From assembly GCA_003598065.1 (NCBI GenBank), contig QZKR01000129.1, positions 1 through 20,608 of the forward strand: a DNA stretch of 20,608 bases, given 5' to 3'. Within the stretch, counting starts at the first letter, position 1; each line of letters starts with the position of its first letter. Under the pieces are notes generated by a model. That model did not search any database and was not told where the DNA came from. It saw nothing but the letters and a program-made list of their open reading frames with translations. Origin of the DNA: Myxococcales bacterium (GTDB lineage Bacteria; Myxococcota_A; SURF-8). A program made the position numbers and the translations under genes. Shown in pieces: positions 13,729-20,608 of the stretch.

Positions 13729-15450
13729 ATGCCCGATCGTTCGCCCGTCGCCTCGCCGTATCTGAAGAAGCTGGCCGCCTACGCCGTCGAGAAGGCCAAG
13801 GCCCCGACCGACCTCAAGCTCGACGCCAACGAGGGTCCGCGCCGGCCGGAGCTGGCGCGCCTTATGGCGGGCGAGGCCTTCGCCGAGCTGCCGCACCGCT
13901 ACGTCAAGCCGACGGCGCTGGAGGCGGCGCTCGCCGCGCGCTTAAGCGTTTCGCCGGCGCAACTGCTCGTCACCTGCGGCGCGGACGACGCCATCGACCG
14001 CGTCTGCCGCGCCTATCTCCCGGTCGAACGCGAACTGCTGGTCGCCCGGCCGACCTTCGAGATGATCCCCGCCTTCGCCCGCATGTCGGGCGGGCGCGTC
14101 AGGACCGCGCCGTGGCTGGAGGGGCCGTATCCCGTCGAGGCGCTGCTCGCGGCGATCGGCGAGCGGACGGGCGTCGTCGCCGTCGTCAGCCCCAACAATC
14201 CGACGGGGCTCGTCGCCTCCGACGACGATCTGCGCCGCCTGTCCGCCGCCGCGCCGCACGCCGTGGTCATGGTGGACGAGGCCTACGGTCCCTTCGCCGA
14301 CAGGCCGCTGACCCAGGCTGCGCTGGCCCTGCCCAACGCCGTCGCCGTGCATACCTTTTCGAAGGCTTACAGCATGGCCGGCCTGCGCGTCGGCTACGTC
14401 GCCGGCCCGGAAGCAATCATCCGCGTGCTGCGCGCCGTCGGCGGTCCGTACCCGGTGAGTTCGATCACGCTTGCCCTGGCCGAACGCTGGTTGCAGGAAG
14501 GCGAAAGTCTCGTCGCCGGTTATATCGCCAAGCTGCGCGAGGAGCGGCGCGAACTGGAGCGGCTCTTGACGCGCCTGGGCGCGCGGCCTTTGCCCTCGCA
14601 GGCCAATTTCGTTTTCGCCTACGTGAAAGATCCCGTCTGGATTCGCGATGCGCTGGCCGGTCTGGGCGTCGCCGTCCGCGCCATCGCGGCGGAGGATGAT
14701 TTTCCCGGCGGCCTGCGCGTCACGCTGCCCGGCGACGCGGCGGATTTCGCGCGCCTGACGCGCGCCGTGCAAGCCGCTTTCGCGCCGCAGGCGCTGCTTT
14801 TCGACATGGACGGCGTGCTCGCCGACGTGTCGCGGTCCTACCGCGCGGCGATCATCGAGACGGTGCGCGCCTTCGGTGCGAACGTGACGGCGGAAGATGT
14901 GGCGCACGCCAAGGCCGAGCCCGATTCCAACAACGATTGGATCGTCACACAGCGGCTTTTAGCGCGGCACGGAAAAAAAGCGCCGCTCGACGCCGTCACG
15001 GAATGCTTCGAGCGGTTGTATCAAGGCGCGCCCGGCAAGCCCGGCCTGCGCGAGCGGGAAACGCTCATCCCCCCCTTGGCCTTGCTGGAGCGCCTCGCCG
15101 CACGCTGCCCGCTCGGCGTCGTCACCGGCCGGCCGCGCGGCGACGCCGAACGCTTTCTCGACAAGTTCAAACTCAACGGCCTTTTCAAAGCCGTGGTTTG
15201 CCTGGAGGATGGACCGAAGAAACCCGACCCCGCGCCGGTGAAGCTGGCGCTGGAACGGCTCGGCGCAACCGCCGCCTGGCTGATCGGCGACGCGCCCGAC
15301 GACATGAAATCGGCGCGCGCCGCCGGTGTCGCGCCGCTCGGCGTCGTCGCTCCCGAAGACCGGAAAGACGCGCTCGCCGCGGCGCTCCATGCCGCCGGGG
15401 CCAGCCGCATTCTCGACGACCTTTCGCAAGTGGAGGATCTTCTGCCATGA
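13729..15450 (+). CDS. hisC: Histidinol-phosphate aminotransferase (aa ~1-350) fused to a HAD-superfamily phosphatase domain (aa ~355-573, ~14790-15447), putative histidinol-phosphatase
   Basis: The N-terminal domain is a class-II aminotransferase with PLP-lysine context VHTFSKAYSMAGLRVGY and VVSPNNPTG. The C-terminal domain has HAD motifs: LLFDMDGVLAD (DxDG, motif I), GVVTGRP (motif II), KKPDP (motif III Lys) and GDAPDDMKSA (motif IV). Its TGA overlaps the hisB ATG (ATGA). Confidence 0.88.
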   Translation: MPDRSPVASPYLKKLAAYAVEKAKAPTDLKLDANEGPRRPELARLMAGEAFAELPHRYVKPTALEAALAARLSVSPAQLLVTCGADDAIDRVCRAYLPVERELLVARPTFEMIPAFARMSGGRVRTAPWLEGPYPVEALLAAIGERTGVVAVVSPNNPTGLVASDDDLRRLSAAAPHAVVMVDEAYGPFADRPLTQAALALPNAVAVHTFSKAYSMAGLRVGYVAGPEAIIRVLRAVGGPYPVSSITLALAERWLQEGESLVAGYIAKLREERRELERLLTRLGARPLPSQANFVFAYVKDPVWIRDALAGLGVAVRAIAAEDDFPGGLRVTLPGDAADFARLTRAVQAAFAPQALLFDMDGVLADVSRSYRAAIIETVRAFGANVTAEDVAHAKAEPDSNNDWIVTQRLLARHGKKAPLDAVTECFERLYQGAPGKPGLRERETLIPPLALLERLAARCPLGVVTGRPRGDAERFLDKFKLNGLFKAVVCLEDGPKKPDPAPVKLALERLGATAAWLIGDAPDDMKSARAAGVAPLGVVAPEDRKDALAAALHAAGASRILDDLSQVEDLLP

Positions 15451-16031
15451 CGCGCGAAGCGACAATCCGCCGCACGACGAAGGAGACGGACATCGCCGTC
15501 CGCCTCGTCCTCGACGGCCAAGGCGAGGCGACGGTGAAGACCGGCATCGGTTTTCTCGACCATCTGCTGACCGCCCTGGCCTGTCACGCCCGTTTCGATC
15601 TGGAGCTGACGGCGAAGGGCGATCTGGAAATCGACGACCACCACACGGCCGAGGATTGCGCGCTGGCGCTCGGCCAGGCGCTCGATCGTGGCTTGGGCGA
15701 GCGGCGCGGCCTGGCGCGGTTCGGCTACGCCTACGCGCCCCTGGACGAAGCCCTGGCCCGCGCCGTGGTCGATCTCGCCGCGCGTCCCGTGGCCGTGGTC
15801 GATCTCGGCCTGAAGCGCGAGCGGCTCGGCGAACTGTCGGCGGAAATGATTCCCCACGTCCTGCAATCGCTGGCCGCCGCCGGCCGCCTGACGCTGCACG
15901 TCGATGTGCTGCGCGGCTTCAACGATCACCACCGCGCCGAGGCGGCCTTCAAGGCGCTCGCCCTGGCGCTGCGGCAGGCCGTGGCCGAGACGGGCGAGAC
16001 GTCGGCGCCGAGCACGAAAGGAACGCTTTGA
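15447..16031 (+). CDS. hisB: Imidazoleglycerol-phosphate dehydratase (monofunctional, no phosphatase domain)
   Basis: The protein is MTREATIRRTTKETDIAVRLVLDGQG...GIGFLDHLL...DDHHTAEDCALALG...GFNDHHRAEAAFKALA, 194 aa. TGGAGGA lies 9 nt upstream. It has ATGA and TGATG overlaps with its neighbours. Confidence 0.93.
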   Translation: MTREATIRRTTKETDIAVRLVLDGQGEATVKTGIGFLDHLLTALACHARFDLELTAKGDLEIDDHHTAEDCALALGQALDRGLGERRGLARFGYAYAPLDEALARAVVDLAARPVAVVDLGLKRERLGELSAEMIPHVLQSLAAAGRLTLHVDVLRGFNDHHRAEAAFKALALALRQAVAETGETSAPSTKGTL

Positions 16032-16657
16032 TGGACGCGCCGCTCGTCCACGTCGTCCGCACCGGCACGGCGAATCTGGCCTCGGTGCTGGCCGGCCTGC
16101 GCCGCGCCGGCGCTCAAGCCGTCGTCGTCGAGGACCGCCGCGCCTTGGAGGCGGCGGCGATCGTCGTTCTGCCGGGCGTCGGCGCATTCGGCGCGGTGAT
16201 GGCGCGGCTCGGCGAACTCGATCTTATCGACATGCTGCGCGAGCGTTTCACCGCCGGCCGGCCGACGCTCGGCGTCTGCCTCGGCCTGCAAGTGCTGGCC
16301 GAACGGAGCGAGGAGAGCCCCGGCGTGCGCGGTCTGGGCGTCGTCGCGGGCGCCGTGCGCCGCTTCCCCGACACGGTGCGCGCGCCGCAACTCGGCTGGA
16401 ACCGCGTCGTCCCGCAGCCCGGCTGCGCGCTGCTTGAAGAAGGCTACGTCTACTTCGCCAACTCCTATCGGCTCGTCGATGTCCCCGCCGGCTGGTCGGC
16501 GGCGCTGGCCGATCACGGCGGACCCTTCGTCGCGGCGATGGAGAAGGGCGCGCTCCTGGCCTGCCAGTTCCACCCGGAACTTTCCGGCGACTGCGGCCTC
16601 GCGCTTCTGAAACGCTGGCTGGCCCGCGCCGCCGTGGAAGGAGGCGCGGCATGCTGA
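16031..16657 (+). CDS. hisH: Imidazole glycerol phosphate synthase, glutamine amidotransferase subunit
   Basis: The protein is MDAPLVHVVRTGTANLASVL...LGVCLGLQVLAE (catalytic Cys)...CQFHPELS. The track ORF 15326..16657 has a spurious N-terminal extension. The real start overlaps the hisB stop (TGATG). Confidence 0.92.
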   Translation: MDAPLVHVVRTGTANLASVLAGLRRAGAQAVVVEDRRALEAAAIVVLPGVGAFGAVMARLGELDLIDMLRERFTAGRPTLGVCLGLQVLAERSEESPGVRGLGVVAGAVRRFPDTVRAPQLGWNRVVPQPGCALLEEGYVYFANSYRLVDVPAGWSAALADHGGPFVAAMEKGALLACQFHPELSGDCGLALLKRWLARAAVEGGAAC

Positions 16658-17406
16658 CACGGCGGATCATCCCTTGCCTGGACGTGAAGGACGGCCGTGT
16701 CGTCAAGGGCGTGCGTTTCCAGGGCTTGCGCGACGCCGGCGACCCGCGTGCGCTCGCCGCCGAATACGAACGGCAGGGCGCGGACGAACTTGTCTTCCTG
16801 GACGTCTCGGCCACGCCGGAAGGGCGCAAGACGGCGGTGGAGACGGTGCGGCGCGTGCGCGAGGTGCTCGCCATTCCGCTCACCGTCGGCGGCGGCGTGC
16901 GCGGTCCGGCCGACGCCGGAGCGCTCTTGGACGCCGGCGCGGACAAGGTGAGCATGAACACCGCCGCCGTCGCCGATCCGTCGCTGATCGATCTGGTGGC
17001 GACGCGTTTCGGCGCGCAGTGCGCCGTGCTCGCCGTTGACGCCAAGGCGGCCGCGCCGGGCCGCTGGCAGGTGGTCGTCCAATCCGGCCGCGTCGATACG
17101 GGCAAGGACGTCGTCGAATGGGTGCGCGAGGCGGTGGCGCGCGGCGCGGGCGAGATCCTTTTGACGAGTTGGGACCGCGACGGCACGCGCTCGGGTTACG
17201 ATCTGGAGCTTGTCTCCGCCGTCAGCCGCGCCGTGCGGGCGCCCGTCATCGCCTCGGGCGGCGCGAACACGCCCGAGCAGTTGGCCGACGGCGTGCGCGC
17301 CGGGGCCGACGCCGTGCTGGCGGCCTCGATTTTCCATGACGGCGATTGGACCGTCGCGGCCCTGAAAGTCAGGCTCGCCGCGATGGGGGTGGAGGTGCGC
17401 TTATGA
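16651..17406 (+). CDS. hisF: Imidazole glycerol phosphate synthase, cyclase subunit
   Basis: The protein is MLTRRIIPCLDVKDGRVVKGVRFQGLRDAGDP...VGGGVR...ASGGAN...AASIFH. Its ATG overlaps the hisH stop (ATGCTGA). Confidence 0.95.
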   Translation: MLTRRIIPCLDVKDGRVVKGVRFQGLRDAGDPRALAAEYERQGADELVFLDVSATPEGRKTAVETVRRVREVLAIPLTVGGGVRGPADAGALLDAGADKVSMNTAAVADPSLIDLVATRFGAQCAVLAVDAKAAAPGRWQVVVQSGRVDTGKDVVEWVREAVARGAGEILLTSWDRDGTRSGYDLELVSAVSRAVRAPVIASGGANTPEQLADGVRAGADAVLAASIFHDGDWTVAALKVRLAAMGVEVRL

Positions 17407-18677
17407 TCGTCCCCTCGATCGACCTGAGAAACGGCCACGCCGTGCAGCTGGTCGGCGGCAAGGAAATGGCCATCGACGCCGGCGACCCGCGCCCCGTCGC
17501 CGAACGCTTCCGGCTCGCCGGCGAAATCGCCGTCATCGATCTGGACGCCGCTTTGGGCGCGGGCGACAACGCCGTCGTCGTCCGCGACCTGCTCGCCCTC
17601 GCCGACTGCCGCGTCGGCGGCGGCGTCCGCTCCGTCGAGGCGGCGCGCGCCTGGCTCGACGCCGGCGCGGCGAAGGTGATCCTCGGCACGGCCGCGCGAC
17701 CGGAGATCCTGCGCCAGCTGCCGAAGGAACGCCTTATCGCCGCGCTCGACGCCGAACACGACGTCGTCGTCGTCGAGGGCTGGCGCACGAAAACCGGCCA
17801 GCGCATCGTCGATCGCATGGCCGAACTGAAGGAGTACGTCGGCGGCTTTCTCGTCACCTTCGTCGAGCGCGAAGGGCGCATGGGCGGATTCGACCTCGAC
17901 CGCGTGAAGGCCCTCGTCGAGGCCGCCGCGCCGGCGCGGCTGACCTACGCCGGCGGCGTGACGACGGCGGAGGACGTCGCCGCCCTGGACCGGATCGGCG
18001 CGGACGCGCAGGTGGGCATGGCGCTTTACTCCGGCCGGCTGTCGCTCGGCAACGCCGTCGCCGCGCCGCTCGTCTCCGACCGGCCGGACGGGTTGTTTCC
18101 CACCGTCGTCGCCGACGAGCGCGGCGTGACTTTGGGCCTCGTCTATTCGAGCTTCGCCAGCCTCGCCGCCGCCATCGAAAAGCGCCGGGGCGTCTACCAT
18201 TCGCGGCGGCGCGGCCTGTGGGTGAAAGGCGAAACCTCGGGCGACCTGCAGGAGCTTTTGCGCGTCGATCTCGACTGCGACCGCGACGCGTTGCGCTTCA
18301 CCGTCCGCCAGTCGGGCGCGGGCTTCTGCCACACGGGGACGCGCAGCTGCTTCGGCGAGGACGGCGGTTTGGGCCGCCTGGCGCGCCGGCTCGCCGAGCG
18401 GCTGCAAAACGCGCCCGCCGGCAGCTACACGCGCCGGCTGCTCGACGACCCGGAGCTTTTGCGCGCAAAGCTCATCGAGGAAGCCGGCGAACTCGCCGAG
18501 GCGACGACGCGCGAGGCCGCCGTCTGGGAAACGGCCGACCTCTTCTACTTCGCGCTGGTCGCCCTGGCGCGGCGGGGCGGCTCGCTCGCCGACGTCGAGC
18601 GCGCGCTGGATCGGCGCGAGCGCAAGCTCACGCGCCGGCCCGGCGACGCGAAGCCTGACAAGGGAGGCGGCGCATGA
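17403..18677 (+). CDS. hisA: Trifunctional fusion: ProFAR isomerase HisA (aa ~1-222), PR-AMP cyclohydrolase HisI (~223-320), PR-ATP pyrophosphatase HisE (~321-424)
   Basis: The likely true start is the ATG at 17403 (MIVPSIDLRNGHAVQLVGG). GGAGGTG lies 7 nt upstream and the ATG overlaps the hisF stop (ATGA). The track ORF start at 17346 adds 19 spurious residues. The HisA part has GGGVRS and VGMALYSGR. The HisI part has DGLFPTVV, WVKGETSGDLQ, DCDRDALR and CHTGTRSCF. The HisE part has LAERLQNAPAGSYTRRLLDDPELLRAKLIEEAGELAEA and ETADLFYFALVAL. Confidence 0.88.
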   Translation: MIVPSIDLRNGHAVQLVGGKEMAIDAGDPRPVAERFRLAGEIAVIDLDAALGAGDNAVVVRDLLALADCRVGGGVRSVEAARAWLDAGAAKVILGTAARPEILRQLPKERLIAALDAEHDVVVVEGWRTKTGQRIVDRMAELKEYVGGFLVTFVEREGRMGGFDLDRVKALVEAAAPARLTYAGGVTTAEDVAALDRIGADAQVGMALYSGRLSLGNAVAAPLVSDRPDGLFPTVVADERGVTLGLVYSSFASLAAAIEKRRGVYHSRRRGLWVKGETSGDLQELLRVDLDCDRDALRFTVRQSGAGFCHTGTRSCFGEDGGLGRLARRLAERLQNAPAGSYTRRLLDDPELLRAKLIEEAGELAEATTREAAVWETADLFYFALVALARRGGSLADVERALDRRERKLTRRPGDAKPDKGGGA

Positions 18678-19939
18678 CCGCCATCCGCCTGCGCCGCGTT
18701 ACGCCCGAGCAGTTGCCGTCGCTGGCTCGTCCCGCCGTCGATGCCGAGACGGAAACCGCCGTCCGGCCGATCATCGAGGACGTGCGGCGGCGCGGCGAAG
18801 CGGCGCTCGTCGAGCAGGCGCGGCGCTTCGGCGATCTCGCGCCCGACGAATCGCCGTATAGGACAACGGACGAGTTGGCGCGCGCCCTGGATTCGCTTGG
18901 CGAAGACGAGCGCGGCCTGCTCTTGCGCACGGCGGCGCGCATCCGATCCTTCGCCGAGGCGCAGAAGGCGACGCTGAGCGCGCTGGATATTCCCGTTTCC
19001 GGCGGTCGCGCCGGGCATATGCTCGCGCCCGTCGCCGCCGCCGGCTGCTACGCCCCCGGCGGGCGCTTCCCGCTGCCGTCGTCCGTGTTGATGACCGCCG
19101 TCGTCGCCCGCGCGGCGGGCGTAAGCAGCGTCTGGGTCGCCTCGCCGCGCCCGACGGCGCACACGCTGGCGGCGGCCGCCGCCGCCGGGGCCGACGGACT
19201 CCTGGCCGTCGGCGGCGCGCAGGCTATCGCCGCGCTGGCCTACGGCGCGGAGCCGGTCCCGCCCTCGGACGTCGTCTGCGGGCCGGGCAATCGTTTCGTG
19301 ACGGCGGCGAAAAAACTTGTCGCCGGCGACTGCGCCATCGACATGCTCGCCGGACCCTCCGAACTCGTCGTGCTGGCCGACCACACGGCCGATGCGGAAA
19401 CGATCGCCGCCGATCTCCTGGCCCAGGCCGAGCACGATCCCGAGGCGCGGCCGATTCTCGTCACGCCCGACGCGACGCTGGCCGACGCCGTCGATGCGGC
19501 GCTGGCGCGGCAACTGGCGACCCTGCCGACGCGGCCCACGGCCGAGCCGGCGCTGCGGGGGGGATTCTGCGTGCGGGTGCGAGATCTCGACGAGGGAGCG
19601 CGCGTCTGCGACAAGCTCGCCCCCGAGCATCTACAGGTGATGACCGCCGACGCGGACACCGTCGCCGCGCGCTGCCGGCATTACGGCGCGCTGTTTATCG
19701 GCGCGCAGAGCGCCGAGGCAGCCGGCGACTACGGCGCGGGGCCGAACCATGTGTTGCCGACCGGCGGCACGGCGCGCTTCGCCGGCGGGCTGTCCGTGTT
19801 CAATTTCCTGCGCGTGCGGACCTGGCTCAGGCTCGACGACGGCCCCGAGGCTCAGACGCTGCTGCGCGACGCGGCGGCCCTGGCGCGGCTGGAGGGCCTG
19901 GAAGGCCACGCCCGGGCAGCGGAAAAGCGGCTACGCTAG
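18674..19939 (+). CDS. hisD: Histidinol dehydrogenase
   Basis: The protein has GCYAPGGRFPLPSSVLM, VCGPGNRFV, AGPSE, LAQAEHD and GPNHVLPTGG. Its ATG overlaps the preceding stop (ATGA). Stop codon is TAG at 19937-19939. Confidence 0.93.
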   Translation: MTAIRLRRVTPEQLPSLARPAVDAETETAVRPIIEDVRRRGEAALVEQARRFGDLAPDESPYRTTDELARALDSLGEDERGLLLRTAARIRSFAEAQKATLSALDIPVSGGRAGHMLAPVAAAGCYAPGGRFPLPSSVLMTAVVARAAGVSSVWVASPRPTAHTLAAAAAAGADGLLAVGGAQAIAALAYGAEPVPPSDVVCGPGNRFVTAAKKLVAGDCAIDMLAGPSELVVLADHTADAETIAADLLAQAEHDPEARPILVTPDATLADAVDAALARQLATLPTRPTAEPALRGGFCVRVRDLDEGARVCDKLAPEHLQVMTADADTVAARCRHYGALFIGAQSAEAAGDYGAGPNHVLPTGGTARFAGGLSVFNFLRVRTWLRLDDGPEAQTLLRDAAALARLEGLEGHARAAEKRLR

Positions 19940-19946
19940 TGCGATG

Positions 19947-20073
19947 TTGGAGCAGGTTTCTCCAAGCGTTTTCCGATCGCAGTTCCAACGAATTGAAAGA
20001 TGTGGGTTTGCGTTGGAGCAGGTTTTCCAACCTGCTCCAAACATTTTCCGATCACAATTCCAACGGATCCAAA
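19947..20073. repeat. REP-like direct repeat pair (~55-70 nt units), each carrying a hairpin, adjacent to the Y1 transposase gene
   Basis: Unit 1 has hairpin TTGGAG-caggttt-CTCCAA (19947-19965) and a conserved tail ttttccgatcgcagttccaacgaattgaaag (19969-19999). Unit 2 has a perfect 12-bp stem TTGGAGCAGGTT-ttcc-AACCTGCTCCAA (20013-20040) and tail ttttccgatcacaattccaacggatccaaag (20043-20073). Unit 2 overlaps the last codons of the transposase gene. Confidence 0.7.
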
Positions 20074-20570
20074 GGTATCGGTCCAGGTTCGTTCCTTAGG
20101 TAATATCTCGCTGACGACCAGTACCAATCTTCCGGCTGATAGACATACTGCTTGCGCACGGGATTGTTGTGTATGTACTCCAGCTTTTGCCGGAAGAATT
20201 TTTCCTCCTCGATCAGCTCAGGCATATTCGTGCGCCGCCAAATCTCGTGGCTTCCCTGTTCGGTCTCAAAAAGCTCCAGCGCTTTCGGCTCATGCGTTCT
20301 CACATTGTCCAGCAGAGCCCTTGATGTAAAGCGCTTGAAAGCGTGCACGAAACCGGCCACATCCGGCGCGTGGACGATCAGGTGCAGGTGATTGAGCATG
20401 AAGACGTATCCATACAACCGTACTTTTTTGTTTTCACGGCAGAAGCGCAACGATTGAGCCAGGATCTCCCATCGTTGGAATCGGTCGAAGAGGTAATACC
20501 AGCGGCGGACGGTAGGGGTGATGAAATACACTCCATCGGCGAGGGCTTGCTTGATGCGGATAGACGGCAT
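20052..20570 (-). CDS. Y1 HUH-type transposase (IS200/IS605 TnpA-like, or REP-associated tyrosine transposase, RAYT), 172 aa
   Basis: The HUH motif reads YGYVFMLNHLHLIVH. The catalytic Tyr helix reads LEYIHNNPVRKQYVYQPEDWYWSSARYY. The N-terminus GVYFITPTVRRW is like RAYT/TnpA proteins. The codon composition is much AT-richer than the surrounding genes. Confidence 0.8.
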   Translation of the reverse strand: MPSIRIKQALADGVYFITPTVRRWYYLFDRFQRWEILAQSLRFCRENKKVRLYGYVFMLNHLHLIVHAPDVAGFVHAFKRFTSRALLDNVRTHEPKALELFETEQGSHEIWRRTNMPELIEEEKFFRQKLEYIHNNPVRKQYVYQPEDWYWSSARYYLRNEPGPIPLDPLEL

Positions 20571-20608
20571 GAGCCTACATTAGCAGATCAGCTTGAAGTC
20601 GTCGAAAG

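Larger units (their letters stand above)
19940..20608. mobile_element. Low-G+C insertion downstream of hisD carrying the Y1 transposase and REP-like hairpins; right boundary beyond the window
   Basis: There is an abrupt drop in G+C by eye, from about 70% to about 45-50%, starting a few nt after the hisD stop. It holds a single tnpA-like gene and hairpin repeats at the junction. Confidence 0.55.

Noticed and set aside
14937-16657. Track ORFs 14937..16031 and 15326..16657 as long N-terminally extended versions of hisB and hisH
   Set aside because: The extensions are R/A-rich read-through of the upstream gene in another frame. The conserved protein N-termini (MTREATIRR, MDAPLVHVV) coincide with overlapping stop-start junctions.
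12792-19909. Numerous 60-400-aa ORFs overlapping the his genes on either strand (e.g. 12809..13765, 13942..14907, 15021..16187, 16248..17186, 17196..18407, 18545..19630)
   Set aside because: All are alternate-frame artefacts. The his genes are identified by strong family motifs and coupled starts.
19947-20073. Possible CRISPR array
   Set aside because: There are only two repeat units with indels between them. There is no regular spacer architecture and no cas genes. The units are adjacent to a Y1 transposase, which fits REP or IS-end hairpins better.
19749-20099. Plus-strand ORF whose C-terminus contains a repeated FRSQFQRI peptide
   Set aside because: The peptide repeat is simply the translation of the two REP-like DNA direct repeats downstream of hisD. 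The upstream part of the ORF is antisense noise over the hisD 3' end.
20000-20391. Plus-strand ORFs 20000..20329 and 20152..20391
   Set aside because: They are antisense to the Y1 transposase gene, which carries the HUH and Tyr motifs.

Overview
The window is about 70% G+C chromosomal DNA from a diderm (Gram-negative-type) bacterium. Lipoboxes and periplasmic systems are present, and Asp-rich secreted proteins hint at a Myxococcota or Deltaproteobacteria-like lineage. Most long ORFs in the track are antisense or alternate-frame artefacts of the high G+C content. The calls below rest on recognisable motifs and gene context.

Contents, left to right:
- A 3'-truncated pbpC (penicillin-binding protein 1C) on the minus strand. 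It is missing from the ORF track because it starts with GTG and runs off the window.
- A translationally coupled upstream gene for a large lipoprotein alpha-2-macroglobulin (YfhM/ECAM type) with an intact CxEQ thioester.
- A divergent NfeD-like/flotillin (SPFH) operon.
- A structured convergent intergenic region with a bidirectional terminator.
- Two co-directional genes for secreted proteins with poly-Asp DGD repeats. One has a Cys-rich module plus a thioredoxin-fold WCSAC motif. The other has a carboxypeptidase-regulatory-like domain.
- A complete, tightly overlapping histidine biosynthesis operon. A textbook-looking His-codon leader peptide and attenuator precede it. It reads hisG, hisC fused to a HAD phosphatase, hisB (dehydratase only), hisH, hisF, a hisA-hisI-hisE triple fusion, and hisD.
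- A low-G+C island immediately after hisD, carrying an IS200/RAYT-type Y1 HUH transposase and REP-like hairpin repeats.

Nothing here is an unmistakably new system. The most unusual items are the two his gene fusions with the leader attenuator, and the uncharacterised secreted Cys-rich/thioredoxin-fold protein pair.
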